DNA of 47,141 bases from Candidatus Calditenuaceae archaeon HR02 (GTDB lineage: Archaea > Thermoproteota > Nitrososphaeria_A > Caldarchaeales > Calditenuaceae), in NCBI GenBank assembly GCA_002898395.1, contig BEHE01000015.1, positions 1-47,141 on the forward strand, in the 5' to 3' direction. A model generated the notes under the pieces. The model was not told where the DNA came from and ran no database searches. It worked only from the letters and a program-made list of their open reading frames with translations. Of the stretch, positions 27,017 through 37,176 are shown piece after piece. The position numbers and the translations under genes were made by a program. Within the stretch, counting starts at the first letter, position 1, and every line of letters begins with the position of its first letter.

Positions 27017-28080
27017 ACCTGAACTCCCCTCCCCCTGAGGAGTAGGTAAATCACAAGAGGTGCGCCGAAGAGCGCTGTTACCGCTGTGATGGGTATCTCT
27101 ATGGGCTTAAGGGCTAGGCGTGAGATCAGGTCTGCTGCTGTAGCCAGGGTTGAGCCGAGGAGGGCTGATGCGGGAATAATTGTGAAGTGGTTTGAGGTTC
27201 GCGTGAGCTGCCGGGCCAGGTAGGGTGCTGAGAGGCCTATGAAGCCCACTGAGCCTGCTATGGTCGTAACGATTGAGACTGGCAGGGCCGCTGCAGCGAC
27301 TATCAGCATCCTCGCCCTATTCAGGTTCATCCCCATACTCCTCGCATAGTCCTCGCCAAGGAGCAGGGCATTCAAGGGCTTGCAGAGGAACACCATCGCA
27401 GCAAGAAATATGAGAAGGAATGGTAGGCCTAGGCCTAAGATGCTCCACCTAGCACCCGAGAAGCTACCCATAACCCAATAGGTGAAGGCACGTAGCTTTT
27501 CGATGTCGGCGAAGACCTGAAGTATGCTTGTCACTGCATATGCGAGGTATGAGAACATTATCCCCGCAACTAGTATAGTTGTGGTAGTCCGCACAACTCC
27601 GGAAAGCACTATCATGACTATGACGACTACGAGGGCTCCGATGAAGGCGGCCGTGTAGAGGGAGTAGGGGTTTGTAGGTGTCCAGAGGCCAAGCGTGGCT
27701 CCAGTGAGGATTGAGAGGGCGAGGAAGAGGCTTGAGCCAGCCGAGACGCCCAATATGTATGGGTCTGCCAGCGGGTTTCTGAAGAGGGCTTGAAGTATTG
27801 CGCCGGCGACGCCTAGGGAGGCTCCACCAAGCATCGCAGCTAGAGTCCTGGGAAGCCTGATGGATTCGACAATGAGCGCAGCCTCGCCTCTCCCCCCTCC
27901 AGATAGGGCGGCCAACGCGTCCCATGGTTGAATCGCGTAGCCGCCGAGAACTATGGAGACTATGAATAGTGGTGCAATTGGTAGGCTGAGTAGGAGCAGT
28001 ACACACCTGCTCCGCGGGGACTTATACTCGGCCTCTGCACCCAGCTCCGTCAAAGCCTCGCCTCTCAGCAGCCTCACCAC
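27013..28080 (-). CDS. FecCD/BtuC-family ABC permease
   Basis: IRLPR, RNPLADPYILG, LGEDYARSMG and GFIGL motifs. Confidence 0.92.
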   Translation of the reverse strand: MVRLLRGEALTELGAEAEYKSPRSRCVLLLLSLPIAPLFIVSIVLGGYAIQPWDALAALSGGGRGEAALIVESIRLPRTLAAMLGGASLGVAGAILQALFRNPLADPYILGVSAGSSLFLALSILTGATLGLWTPTNPYSLYTAAFIGALVVVIVMIVLSGVVRTTTTILVAGIMFSYLAYAVTSILQVFADIEKLRAFTYWVMGSFSGARWSILGLGLPFLLIFLAAMVFLCKPLNALLLGEDYARSMGMNLNRARMLIVAAAALPVSIVTTIAGSVGFIGLSAPYLARQLTRTSNHFTIIPASALLGSTLATAADLISRLALKPIEIPITAVTALFGAPLVIYLLLRGRGVQV

Positions 28081-28083
28081 GCC

Positions 28084-29376
28084 TCAGCCTCCCAGCTTCA
28101 CGAAGTATTTCGCCTCTCCGCCCGGGTAGAGGTTTGGGTAGAGTATGGTTGCGAGGCCCCTGACCCAGCCCTCAGTGTCGTAGTATCCCAGCTGGTATAT
28201 GGTAGGAGAGTAGGCGTAGACCCTGCCCTCCTTGAAGGCCTTGAGCTCCTTTAGCTCAGGAGCCTCGGACAGGATGTCCGAGAGAGACGAGACGAAGCTG
28301 GTTGGATAGACTACGACGTCTGCGTCCCTGCACCTTGAGAGCACCTCCTCGATATTGACTGTAACGCTGCCGGTCGACTTTATGTCAGAGAAAGCATACC
28401 TGGCACCAAGCATTCTCAGCGCATTGGCTGGGAAGGACTCTCCCCCAGCAACGTAAACGGTGCCCCTGTATACCATGAGCCAGCACACTAGTGGGGAGTT
28501 AAGCCTAGACCTCTGAATATCGCTGACGACCACGCCAACCCCCCTCTCAACCTCCGAGAATATTCGATATGCTTCCTCATCTAGTTCAAAGAATGTTGCT
28601 ATCAGCTTAATCCACTCGAAGCGGCCGAGCGGGTTTGTCTCCAAGTATTCGTTGTCCACCACGTAGGGTATTTTGAGCTCGCCGAGCCTCTGGGGGAGGT
28701 CTGAGCCGGGGAAAGTGTATATGACAACAAGGTCTGGCTTGAGGGCTATGAGCTCTTCCAAGCTGGGCGAGTAGTCTGGACCCACATCCTTTATCACGCC
28801 CTTCTCAAGCCGCTCCGCCACCTCCTCAAAATACCACTCATACTGTTTTCCCCACATGATGCCAACCACCCTGTCAAGTATCCACGGCGCAAATTCCCTG
28901 AGCCGCTCAATCAGCGCCACCTGAGTGGCAGACATGAGCACAACTCTCTCTACAGGTGTGTAGACAATGATGCCGCTTATGCCTGATGGCGGCTCACGGC
29001 CACGTGGCACCAGTATGAGCGTCCTGTTCAGGGCGTCTTTCACAACCTTATACCCGTCAAAGAATTTTATACTGAACAGTTTAGAATACTTGACCTCAAG
29101 CTCGAGCGGGAGGCTGGGAGCCTGTGTGACAGTCTCGGTCAGCCCAAGAGTAGTAGTTATAGTCCCCGTGACCGTCCTCTCGCTAGAGATCAGCACGGTA
29201 TAGATGTCGGTCTTCATGCTGACTCTAGTCTCTGTGACCGTGAGGCTTGTGGTTCGCGGTGGGATTATTGGTGTAAGAGCGGCGGTCGCAATGCCGGCTA
29301 TGAAGCCTGAAATGATGAAAAGTGCGGCGAGTATGGATATGGTTTTGCGCCCCGATGACATGGATGGATATTCCAT
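28084..29376 (-). CDS. BtuF/FepB-like substrate-binding protein with Thr-rich linker
   Basis: N-terminal TM, Thr-rich stalk, PVERVV, EELIALKPDLV and PLGRFEWIK motifs. Confidence 0.88.
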   Translation of the reverse strand: MEYPSMSSGRKTISILAALFIISGFIAGIATAALTPIIPPRTTSLTVTETRVSMKTDIYTVLISSERTVTGTITTTLGLTETVTQAPSLPLELEVKYSKLFSIKFFDGYKVVKDALNRTLILVPRGREPPSGISGIIVYTPVERVVLMSATQVALIERLREFAPWILDRVVGIMWGKQYEWYFEEVAERLEKGVIKDVGPDYSPSLEELIALKPDLVVIYTFPGSDLPQRLGELKIPYVVDNEYLETNPLGRFEWIKLIATFFELDEEAYRIFSEVERGVGVVVSDIQRSRLNSPLVCWLMVYRGTVYVAGGESFPANALRMLGARYAFSDIKSTGSVTVNIEEVLSRCRDADVVVYPTSFVSSLSDILSEAPELKELKAFKEGRVYAYSPTIYQLGYYDTEGWVRGLATILYPNLYPGGEAKYFVKLGG

Positions 29377-29400
29377 CCAACGAAATATAAATCTATTTTC

Positions 29401-29616
29401 TCAAACACCCTGCGAGCCACCCCTAACCCGCTCCCTAAGCCTCTCAACCTCCCTACGGACCCTCTCAAGCCTCGCCTCCAACCGCGAAACCCTATCATCA
29501 TCTATGAACTCGCCAAGAACCCTCTCAGCACGCTCCAGATCCTCAGGCGCAGCAGATATAATCCTTGGGGGGCGGCCGCCTCTGAGTAGCCGTGAAAGCC
29601 ATTTGAGGACCGGCAT
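29401..29616 (-). CDS. Small coiled-coil hypothetical protein
   Basis: SD GGAGG before ATG; RLEARLERVRREVERLRE heptads. Confidence 0.6.
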   Translation of the reverse strand: MPVLKWLSRLLRGGRPPRIISAAPEDLERAERVLGEFIDDDRVSRLEARLERVRREVERLRERVRGGSQGV

Positions 29617-29721
29617 AGGAACTCCGCCTCCAGTTCAGATTCATGACGGCCCTCAAGCACTATTAAAATTGGGCACACGGCGCATGGGCCTGGCTAGCCC
29701 TGGGAAATACCCCGCGGTCTA

Positions 29722-30477
29722 GTGTGTCCTTGCGCGGGTGGCAAGCTTATGGGCTGGCTTAGTGGCTTGCTTCTAGAGGTATGGGAGGGATTGGAGGCAG
29801 ACAGGGGTCTCGAGTCTGTAATCAGGCTGGCTGTTGAGAGGGTTACTGGCCTCGGCCGCCGAATCGTGCTGGGGCTTGGTAGCGGGAGGACGTCAGCAGC
29901 CTTCATCAAGTCTCTGGCCACAGCTGCTGGTGCGCGGATTATCGAGGCAGTTGTCCCGACATCTATGCAGGCTGAGGCGGCCGCCTCTGAAAACGGCTTC
30001 AGGATAGGGAGCCTCTACAACTACGGGGGAGTAGACATCTACGTAGACAGCTTCGACCAGTGCAGCCTCTCGGGCGACCTAGTTAAGGGGATAGGCGGGG
30101 CCCTCGCCAGGGAGAAGCTCTTGATGAGGCTGGCCGGCTCTGTGCTCCTGATAGGGACTGAGGAAAAACTCGCCGAGAAGCTGTCTTCGCCGATACCGCT
30201 CGAGGTCCTACCATACGCAGCCCCCGCACTCCCAAGACTGTTGAGAGACAGGGGATGGAGTGTAAGGCCCAAGACCGGCGAGGGGAAGGCTGGACCAGTC
30301 ATAACAGATAATGGAAACGTCTTGATGCTTGTTGAGGTTGGTGTCGTGGAGGACCCACCGTTTATTGAGAGGGAGTTGAAGATGACACCTGGCGTCATCG
30401 AGGCTGGAGTCTTCCCAAACAGGGGCTACAAGGTCATTGTCGGGATGAGGGATGGCACAATCAGGGAGATAACATAG
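29722..30477 (+). CDS. rpiA: Ribose-5-phosphate isomerase A (divergent)
   Basis: GLGSGRT, VPTS, DSFDQ, KGIGGALAREK, GPVITDNGN and PGVIEAG motifs; probable start ATG at 29749. Confidence 0.88.
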   Translation: MCPCAGGKLMGWLSGLLLEVWEGLEADRGLESVIRLAVERVTGLGRRIVLGLGSGRTSAAFIKSLATAAGARIIEAVVPTSMQAEAAASENGFRIGSLYNYGGVDIYVDSFDQCSLSGDLVKGIGGALAREKLLMRLAGSVLLIGTEEKLAEKLSSPIPLEVLPYAAPALPRLLRDRGWSVRPKTGEGKAGPVITDNGNVLMLVEVGVVEDPPFIERELKMTPGVIEAGVFPNRGYKVIVGMRDGTIREIT

Positions 30478-30625
30478 GCGGCTCCGCCCCCCGCAGCAGG
30501 GCGCCTCTCCGAATCCCCCACACAGCCCCAGTAAGGACTGTTAAAACGGTTAGGAACAATCGCGAACCAGGATACGGGAAATTCTAATCTAGGAAGGCTT
30601 TTACCCCGCATACTAGCAGTACGCG

Positions 30626-31447
30626 TTGATGACACGCCACTCAATCCCGCTCTCGGCAACCATACTAGCCTTGATGCTACTCTCCACTGGGCTGTTCAGT
30701 AATTGGGCAGCCGCTCAAGAAGGGGGGACAAAAGACCTGCCACTAGGGCTTCAGCTAACCGAGACACTACACACGATTATAGAGGAGCATAAACAGGCTA
30801 TAAGGGATGCTATTCTAGAATTCAAGCTTAGGCAGGAGGGGCTGATAGAAAATAAGACAGAGCTGATAAGGAGCTTTATCGAGGAGAGGATTAACAGGAC
30901 AATAGCGATAAGGGAGGCCATACGTGAGCTAAACATGCTATACGCCGCAGGAAACATTACTCGTGAGGAGTACCTGGCGAGGCTAAGCGAGCTGAGGAGC
31001 GAGCTAAAGGCCCTGGCAAAGTCGTCGGAGAAGCTCGGTAGACTCCTCCAAGAATACGCATCAGAGATGAAGGAGATCGTCAAGGAGAAGGTCGAGAAGC
31101 TTAGGGAGATAAATAGGGAGTTTGGTAAGAGAGTCTCAGAGGCGGCGAAAGAGATAGGGGAGAGGGTGAAGGATGAGCTGAAAGGAATGGGGGAAGAGTC
31201 AAACTCGACGACCACAACCACTCAATCCCAGAGCGGGGAGCATAGGGGTAGGGAGAGAGGCCATCACTCCACTAGTACAAATACAACAAATACTCAGTCG
31301 GAGGAGGCTGGAGAGCAACATAGAGGCAATGGGCATGAAAACCGTAATAGAGGTCATGCAGAATCTACATCCACTACGACGGTCGTAAACGATGATGAGG
31401 GGAGGGGTAGGGGGGAGGGGCGTGGGCGATCTAACGGGAGAGTGTAG
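30626..31447 (+). CDS. Secreted coiled-coil protein with low-complexity Thr/His/Gly/Arg tail
   Basis: Signal peptide ending AAA-Q, GNITREEY coiled coil, repeated T-run/GE(Q)HRG units. Confidence 0.75.
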   Translation: MMTRHSIPLSATILALMLLSTGLFSNWAAAQEGGTKDLPLGLQLTETLHTIIEEHKQAIRDAILEFKLRQEGLIENKTELIRSFIEERINRTIAIREAIRELNMLYAAGNITREEYLARLSELRSELKALAKSSEKLGRLLQEYASEMKEIVKEKVEKLREINREFGKRVSEAAKEIGERVKDELKGMGEESNSTTTTTQSQSGEHRGRERGHHSTSTNTTNTQSEEAGEQHRGNGHENRNRGHAESTSTTTVVNDDEGRGRGEGRGRSNGRV

Positions 31448-31546
31448 GGCGAATAGCCGAATCACCCATAACCAATTGCGTGGAAACCATAATTATGTAG
31501 TAGTGGGTTAGAGGATAGTTGCGGCTGGCCTACAGGGTAGGTAGGA

Positions 31547-32416
31547 ATGCTCTGGATTATTGCGCTTGCAACGGCTCTAACACTCCCCTCCTACACCATG
31601 TATCATCTAACTATTCTCCCCGACGGCTCCGCAGGCTGGGTGATAGAGCACCGATTCCCCCTCTCCACACCCGATGAGATTGAAATATTCAAGAAAATGA
31701 CTACCCATGCCGAGAACCTCACATCAGACTACAGCGCGAGGATCGGAGCCATAGTCTCCAACGCTTCCCGAGTGCTTGGGCGGAGCATGTCGATTGAAGG
31801 CTTCAGTATAGACGTAGAGACAGTTGAGACCGTAAGCGGGAAGATGGGGCTAATCAGGATCGAGTTTACTTGGAAAGGCTTCACAAAGACCACGCCTAGT
31901 GGCGCGATCGATCTGGGTGACGTTTTCATAGGAGGCTTCTACCTCTCCGAGGGTGAGACACTCAGAATCAAGATCCCGGCGGGATTCGAGGTGGCTGAGG
32001 CCAGACCAGCACCCACAGATAAGGGAGCAGACTATCTCGAGTGGAGGGGCAGAATGGTCTTCACAGACGGAGAGCCACGACTCTTGTTGAGACACGCCGC
32101 CGCACAACCCCAGGCACCGGCCCTACAGTGGGGCGGCCCGACCCTACTCTATATCGCAGGCGGGGCAGCCGCCTCAATATCCGCAGCATATATCGCTTAT
32201 AGCCTGCGGGGTCGGAAGAAGCCGGGGGAGAGCGAGCTTGACATAGTAATCAGAATCATCAAGAGGCATGGCGGGGTGGTTTACCAGTCCCAGATCGTGC
32301 GGGAGAGCGGCCTATCAAAATCTACTGTCAGCACCATTCTTAAGATGTTGGAATCAGAAGGTAGGGTTATGCGGGTGAGGGAGGGGCGCGAGAACATTGT
32401 CAGGCTTACGCGCTGA
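31547..32416 (+). CDS. Membrane-anchored protein with extracellular domain and C-terminal wHTH
   Basis: Signal peptide, beta-rich ectodomain, one TM, and GGVVYQSQIVRESGLSKSTVS..LESEG..REGREN HTH. Confidence 0.82.
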   Translation: MLWIIALATALTLPSYTMYHLTILPDGSAGWVIEHRFPLSTPDEIEIFKKMTTHAENLTSDYSARIGAIVSNASRVLGRSMSIEGFSIDVETVETVSGKMGLIRIEFTWKGFTKTTPSGAIDLGDVFIGGFYLSEGETLRIKIPAGFEVAEARPAPTDKGADYLEWRGRMVFTDGEPRLLLRHAAAQPQAPALQWGGPTLLYIAGGAAASISAAYIAYSLRGRKKPGESELDIVIRIIKRHGGVVYQSQIVRESGLSKSTVSTILKMLESEGRVMRVREGRENIVRLTR

Positions 32417-32481
32417 GAGAGGAGGGCGTCGGCGCTAGCATTTATTCTAGAACCTCCTGCTCTGATGAGAGTGGCTGTGGG

Positions 32482-33921
32482 ATGACCTTCCGACTCGGCA
32501 GGCTGAGGGTCGAGATGCCGCGGGATATCGCCGAGTATACATCCTCCCTGAAATTCGACCAAGAGATCTACCGCGAAGTAATAGTGATAAATGCAGTCCA
32601 CCTCAAGATGCTGGCGAGGCTCGGCCACCTAAGCGGCGACACACTAGCCAGGGGGCTTTCAGCCCTCAGGGAGGCCTATGGTAACCCGTTGGAGAAGGGG
32701 GATCCGCGACTTGAAGACGTCCACATGGTTGTTGAGGACTATCTCGTCAAGGCTGTGCCGGAAGCCGGCGAGAACCTGGCACTCGGCAAGAGCAGGAATG
32801 ACTCTGTTGCGACTGCAATAAGGATGAGGGCTAAGTCTGGGGCCTTGGCTTTGATGGAGTCGGCGATTGTGCTTGTTGAGGCCCTGCTAGTGAGGGGGGT
32901 GCGGGATGCGGAGACGGTCTACCCGGCCACAACCCACCATCAGACGGCCGCGCCCGCCACCTTCGGCTTCGCACTCACGCACTACGCCTCCAGAATATTA
33001 TCGGCCCTCAACAGCCTAGTCCGGGCCTACGAGGAGCTGGATCAATGCCCCCAAGGGGCAGTGGCCTGCAGCGGCTCCACCCTACCAATCGACAGAGAGT
33101 GGCTTGCGGAGCAGCTGGGCTTTAAGCGGGTCTTGGCGCACGCCCTCGACGCATCCTCTAGCCGCGACTTCGCAGTCGACATCCTATCAGCGGCTCTGAA
33201 GCTCCTCATTGTTGTGTCGGACATGGCCGAGTGGCTGATACACGACTTCACACAGGGGCTGCTCGATATGGGTGACGAGTTCTGCTCGACCAGCAGCATA
33301 ATGCCTCAGAAGAGGAACCCGGTCCTTCTCGAGGTTGCGCGAACTAAGGCGTCTGAGGCTCTGGGCGAGGTTGTCAGGGTGGCCTCTATGATTCAGAGGA
33401 GGGCTGGGGGGTATGTCCTCGACCTGCAGCAGGCGACCCCCTCTATCTGGAGGCTGCTCAGAGAGGCGGAGAGCACCGTGAGAGTGCTGTCCACGCTGGT
33501 GGGGACGCTGAGGGTTGACGCCGAGGCCGCCCTTAGGAGGTGTGGGATGGAGGCCGGGATGGTGGAGCTCGCAAACTACTTGACGTTAAAGTATGGCATC
33601 GGATTCAGGCGAGCCCACAAGGCTTGTGGCAAGATTGCGAGGATACTGGCTGAGAAAGGCCTCACAGAGGAAGCACTGCTGCGGGTGTGTGAGGAGGAGG
33701 GGATACCTGCGAAGCTCACCATAGGGGAGGTTTCCGAGATTCTAGACCCGCGAAGAATTGTCTCCAACTATGCCACGCTTGGGTCGGCGAACCCTAGCGA
33801 GGTTAAGAGAATGGTGGAGGAGATGGGGCGTAGAGTAATGGAGCTGAGGGCTTGGGTCTCTGAGAATAGGAGGATGCTTGAGGCTGTGGTGGAGAGGGCC
33901 TTTAACGCTCAGGCCCTATAG
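32482..33921 (+). CDS. argH: Argininosuccinate lyase
   Basis: EDVH, GKSRND and SSIMPQKRNP motifs. Confidence 0.92.
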   Translation: MTFRLGRLRVEMPRDIAEYTSSLKFDQEIYREVIVINAVHLKMLARLGHLSGDTLARGLSALREAYGNPLEKGDPRLEDVHMVVEDYLVKAVPEAGENLALGKSRNDSVATAIRMRAKSGALALMESAIVLVEALLVRGVRDAETVYPATTHHQTAAPATFGFALTHYASRILSALNSLVRAYEELDQCPQGAVACSGSTLPIDREWLAEQLGFKRVLAHALDASSSRDFAVDILSAALKLLIVVSDMAEWLIHDFTQGLLDMGDEFCSTSSIMPQKRNPVLLEVARTKASEALGEVVRVASMIQRRAGGYVLDLQQATPSIWRLLREAESTVRVLSTLVGTLRVDAEAALRRCGMEAGMVELANYLTLKYGIGFRRAHKACGKIARILAEKGLTEEALLRVCEEEGIPAKLTIGEVSEILDPRRIVSNYATLGSANPSEVKRMVEEMGRRVMELRAWVSENRRMLEAVVERAFNAQAL

Positions 33922-34969
33922 AGGTGGTGCTGAGGAACTCCTCTACCGCTCCGGCTATGACCTTAGCGGCTAATTCGAGTTCCGCTATACTAACCGCCTC
34001 CTCAGACGTGTGAGCGAGGAGGGAGTTGCCGGGCCCATAGGCTGCTATGTTTTGCGTGAGTCTGTAGAGGATGTTCATGTCACTTGCTCCTGTCTTCTTG
34101 AGTATCCGCGGCTTTCCACCCTGCTTGAGGATGGAGCGGGTGAGCGCCCTGACGATTGGTGAGGAGAGCCGGGTCTCTACTGGCTCCGTCAGGTCAAGCA
34201 CCTCCATCCTGCAACGGTGAAGTGTTACAGCCGCCTCCACCCTCTCCAATATGGAGAAGGCCTCTATACCGGGTGGGTATCTGATATTTACTATGGCCTC
34301 GGCAGCTTCTGGGAGTTTTGTCGGCCAATCACCTGCGCGTATCATCGTTACGGCGGATGTGGGGTTCTCGTAGCTCCTGCCAGCGAAGCTCAGTCTGATG
34401 TCCTGTATTGCATCGAGTAGCTTGTCCAGAGCTGACTCTCCCATGTACGGTGCTGAGCTGTGGCCGCCCCTAGCGGTTGCATAGATTTTGACGGTTAGGC
34501 TGCCCCTATAGCTCACTGCAATGCCGTTGCCGCCCGTGGGCTCGCCTATGATGATGCCTTCTGGTCTCAGTCCCCTGCCGAGCAGCTCATGCGCCCCCCT
34601 ACCCTCACCCTCCTCGTCCACAAGCCCCGCGACAATAACGGTTGCGGCATCGGAGTCAATCTTCGCCATAGATGCGCCCACTAGCATGGCCGCCAGAGGG
34701 CCCTTAGCGTCCACAGCCCCCCTGCCATAGACCTCCGAGCCCCTAAGACCATATCCAAACTCTCCTGGGACGGTGTCGACGTGGCCAGCCAGCAAAAGGA
34801 CCCTCGGACCACTCCCCCTCCTCAAGAGATAGTTCCCGGCACCGTCTATCTCGAGTGAGTCATAGCCAAGCTTGCGGGCCAGGACGCCCATCGTCTCGGC
34901 GAGCCCCTGCTCCATACCAGTCGGAGTGTACTTGCTGAGGAGTTCCAGTAGTACCTCCTCAACCCTCAA
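33902..34969 (-). CDS. lysK: [LysW]-lysine/ornithine hydrolase
   Basis: GHVDTVPG, GRGAVDAKG, EE, GEP, GASDMN and YGPG..AHT motifs. Confidence 0.92.
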   Translation of the reverse strand: MRVEEVLLELLSKYTPTGMEQGLAETMGVLARKLGYDSLEIDGAGNYLLRRGSGPRVLLLAGHVDTVPGEFGYGLRGSEVYGRGAVDAKGPLAAMLVGASMAKIDSDAATVIVAGLVDEEGEGRGAHELLGRGLRPEGIIIGEPTGGNGIAVSYRGSLTVKIYATARGGHSSAPYMGESALDKLLDAIQDIRLSFAGRSYENPTSAVTMIRAGDWPTKLPEAAEAIVNIRYPPGIEAFSILERVEAAVTLHRCRMEVLDLTEPVETRLSSPIVRALTRSILKQGGKPRILKKTGASDMNILYRLTQNIAAYGPGNSLLAHTSEEAVSIAELELAAKVIAGAVEEFLSTTSIGPER

Positions 34970-36132
34970 CCTCCCGCACCTCTGATAGACTGTTGAAGAA
35001 CCTTTTCCAAGGCCGATATGGAGACGCTAACATCCTCTTCGTTTATCAGGTATGGAGGAAGGAACCTGACAACAATGAGCCCAGACCTGAGAGCCAACAC
35101 ACCTTCCCCCTGGAGCCTCGTTATCACTGGAGAGGCCTTCGCCTTAAGTTCGATTCCGATCATCAAGCCCTTACTCCTCACCTCCCTCACAATTCCTGAA
35201 AACTCGGATGCAACCTCTCTCAGCCGGGAGGCAAGAATCTCACCCATCCTGGCTGCCGCCTCAGGGACATTCTCACATTCAAGCGCTTCAACACCTCCTA
35301 CAACAGCAGCCAACGCCAAAGGATTACCCCCATGCGTAGAGCCGTGCTCACCCTCCTCCACCCCGGCCGCCACCTCTTCTGAGACAGCAACCACGCTCAC
35401 TGGGAATCCACCGCCAATAGACTTACCCGCTACCATGATGTCGGGCCTGACGCCGTACTCCGTGTGGCTCCAGACGCGGCCAGTCCTGCCGAACCCCGCC
35501 TGCACCTCGTCTACTATGAGGTAGGCTCCGACCTCCCTGCACCTCTCCTCCAAAGCCCTCATGAACTCGCGCGTAGCTATGTGTATGCCGCCCTCGCCCT
35601 GGACAGGCTCCACTATCACCGCCGAGACCCTCTCGTCAATAGTCTTAAGGGCCTCGACATTGTTGAAGGGTAGGAAGAGTGTCTCGCCCGGGAATGGGTC
35701 ATAGCCCTGCCTGTATCTCTGGTTGTGGGTGACGCTGAGGGCGGCCATCGTCCTGCCATGGAAGCCTCCGGTAAAGGATGCAAAGACTTTTCTACCACTC
35801 CTCTTCCTTGCAAGCTTCAAGGCGAGCTCAACGGCCTCGCTCCCACTATTCATGAAGAATACATGTCCGAGATGGCTAGGCAGGACCCTCCCTATACTTT
35901 TCAGAGCCTCTTCAAGTATGTCCGTATCGAAGATGGGGGGCAAACAGGTTATCGATTCCAGCTGGCTCCTAAGCCTGGCAATAACGTATCTGTTCCTATG
36001 ACCCAGAAAAGCCGCTCCATGACCAGTGTGAAGGTCCAGGTATCTCCTCCCCCCGGCATCCCAGACATACTGGCCCTCAGTTCTGGAGACCTTCAGACCC
36101 CTAGGGGCAGAGAATCTCAGGAGTGCTGGCAT
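34966..36132 (-). CDS. lysJ: [LysW]-aminoadipate/glutamate semialdehyde transaminase
   Basis: NSGSEA, FHGRT, EPVQGEGG, DEVQAG and HGSTHGGNP motifs. Confidence 0.92.
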   Translation of the reverse strand: MPALLRFSAPRGLKVSRTEGQYVWDAGGRRYLDLHTGHGAAFLGHRNRYVIARLRSQLESITCLPPIFDTDILEEALKSIGRVLPSHLGHVFFMNSGSEAVELALKLARKRSGRKVFASFTGGFHGRTMAALSVTHNQRYRQGYDPFPGETLFLPFNNVEALKTIDERVSAVIVEPVQGEGGIHIATREFMRALEERCREVGAYLIVDEVQAGFGRTGRVWSHTEYGVRPDIMVAGKSIGGGFPVSVVAVSEEVAAGVEEGEHGSTHGGNPLALAAVVGGVEALECENVPEAAARMGEILASRLREVASEFSGIVREVRSKGLMIGIELKAKASPVITRLQGEGVLALRSGLIVVRFLPPYLINEEDVSVSISALEKVLQQSIRGAGG

Positions 36133-36140
36133 GGGTTCAC

Positions 36141-36989
36141 CTAGCTCCTCAATACTTGGATGGTCTTCTCGACAATCTTTCCCGCTAGATCGTAGCCTGT
36201 CACCTGCACCGTGTTCCTAAACTCGACGACGGCATTAACCTCGCTGACGAGGGTCTCACCCTCACGCGTCTCTAAGAGATCTATTCCCAAGACTCCCCCA
36301 CCCATGGCGTCTCCTGCGCGAATTGCAAGGTCTACCTGCTCCTCTGTAAGGTTGGCGGGGGCGGCCTTTCCTCCGAGGGCGGTGTTTGTCTTCCAGCGCT
36401 GACTAATCCTGTAGATGGCGGTGGGGACTTCACCCCATACGTAAAAGGCCCTGATGTCGCGGCCCGGCTTCTCCACATACTGCTGGATATAATGTATCTT
36501 GAAGTGGGGAGAACTCATTGCCTCTCTGAAGTCCATTATATCGAGAAGGTCTTCTTCACTCTTGGCCCGCGCTATCATCCTTCCCCAGCTCCCCATTATT
36601 GGCTTGATCACTACAGGGTAGCCGATCTCGCGCGCAGCCATGAGCGCCCCCTCCCTGCTGTAGGCTATAGCTGTCCGTGGAACCCTCACCCCCCTACTCG
36701 CAAGTCTAGCCGTCGTGACAAGCTTATCCCCACTATCCCTGATTGTCTCATACGAGTTTACGACCCGTATGCCTCGCGACTCGAGTATCGCGGTGGTGGC
36801 GAGGGCCCTGTAATGGCTGACACACCTCTGGAAGACAAAATCGACGTCATCGTGTCTACTGTCAGCGCCAAGGAAGTCTATCTTTTCCGGTATGAAGACT
36901 AGTCTAAGTCCTTGTCCACGGTTCCTAATAGCCTCTATCAGCATCCTCTCCTCGTGCCGCAGCAGGTCGTAGACTAAGCCAATTATCAC
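36141..36989 (-). CDS. lysX: Alpha-aminoadipate--LysW ligase
   Basis: GSWGR, AIYR...WKTNTALGG and EVNAVVEFRN (LysX-type signature); adjacent to lysW. Confidence 0.88.
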   Translation of the reverse strand: MIIGLVYDLLRHEERMLIEAIRNRGQGLRLVFIPEKIDFLGADSRHDDVDFVFQRCVSHYRALATTAILESRGIRVVNSYETIRDSGDKLVTTARLASRGVRVPRTAIAYSREGALMAAREIGYPVVIKPIMGSWGRMIARAKSEEDLLDIMDFREAMSSPHFKIHYIQQYVEKPGRDIRAFYVWGEVPTAIYRISQRWKTNTALGGKAAPANLTEEQVDLAIRAGDAMGGGVLGIDLLETREGETLVSEVNAVVEFRNTVQVTGYDLAGKIVEKTIQVLRS

Positions 36990-36993
36990 TACT

Positions 36994-37176
36994 CTACTCT
37001 CCCCAGTCCTCCCCCACTTCCTCGGCCAACCTCAACGTCTTGGACCCGTTGCTCGTGACTAGTTCGAGTTGGGCTCCACACTCCTCGTGCTCAAAAAGCT
37101 CTCCGTCGAGGGCGTCATCCGGGATTTTGACGTCGCCGAAGCAGACGGGACACTTGAGTTCCGGCAATAGGCTCAC
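36994..37176 (-). CDS. lysW: Amino-group carrier protein LysW
   Basis: CPVC..HEEC Zn site and C-terminal EDWGE. Confidence 0.96.
   Translation of the reverse strand: MSLLPELKCPVCFGDVKIPDDALDGELFEHEECGAQLELVTSNGSKTLRLAEEVGEDWGE

Noticed and set aside
29377-29720. Cobalamin riboswitch upstream of the Btu-like ABC operon
   Set aside because: No B12-box or conserved core motifs seen.
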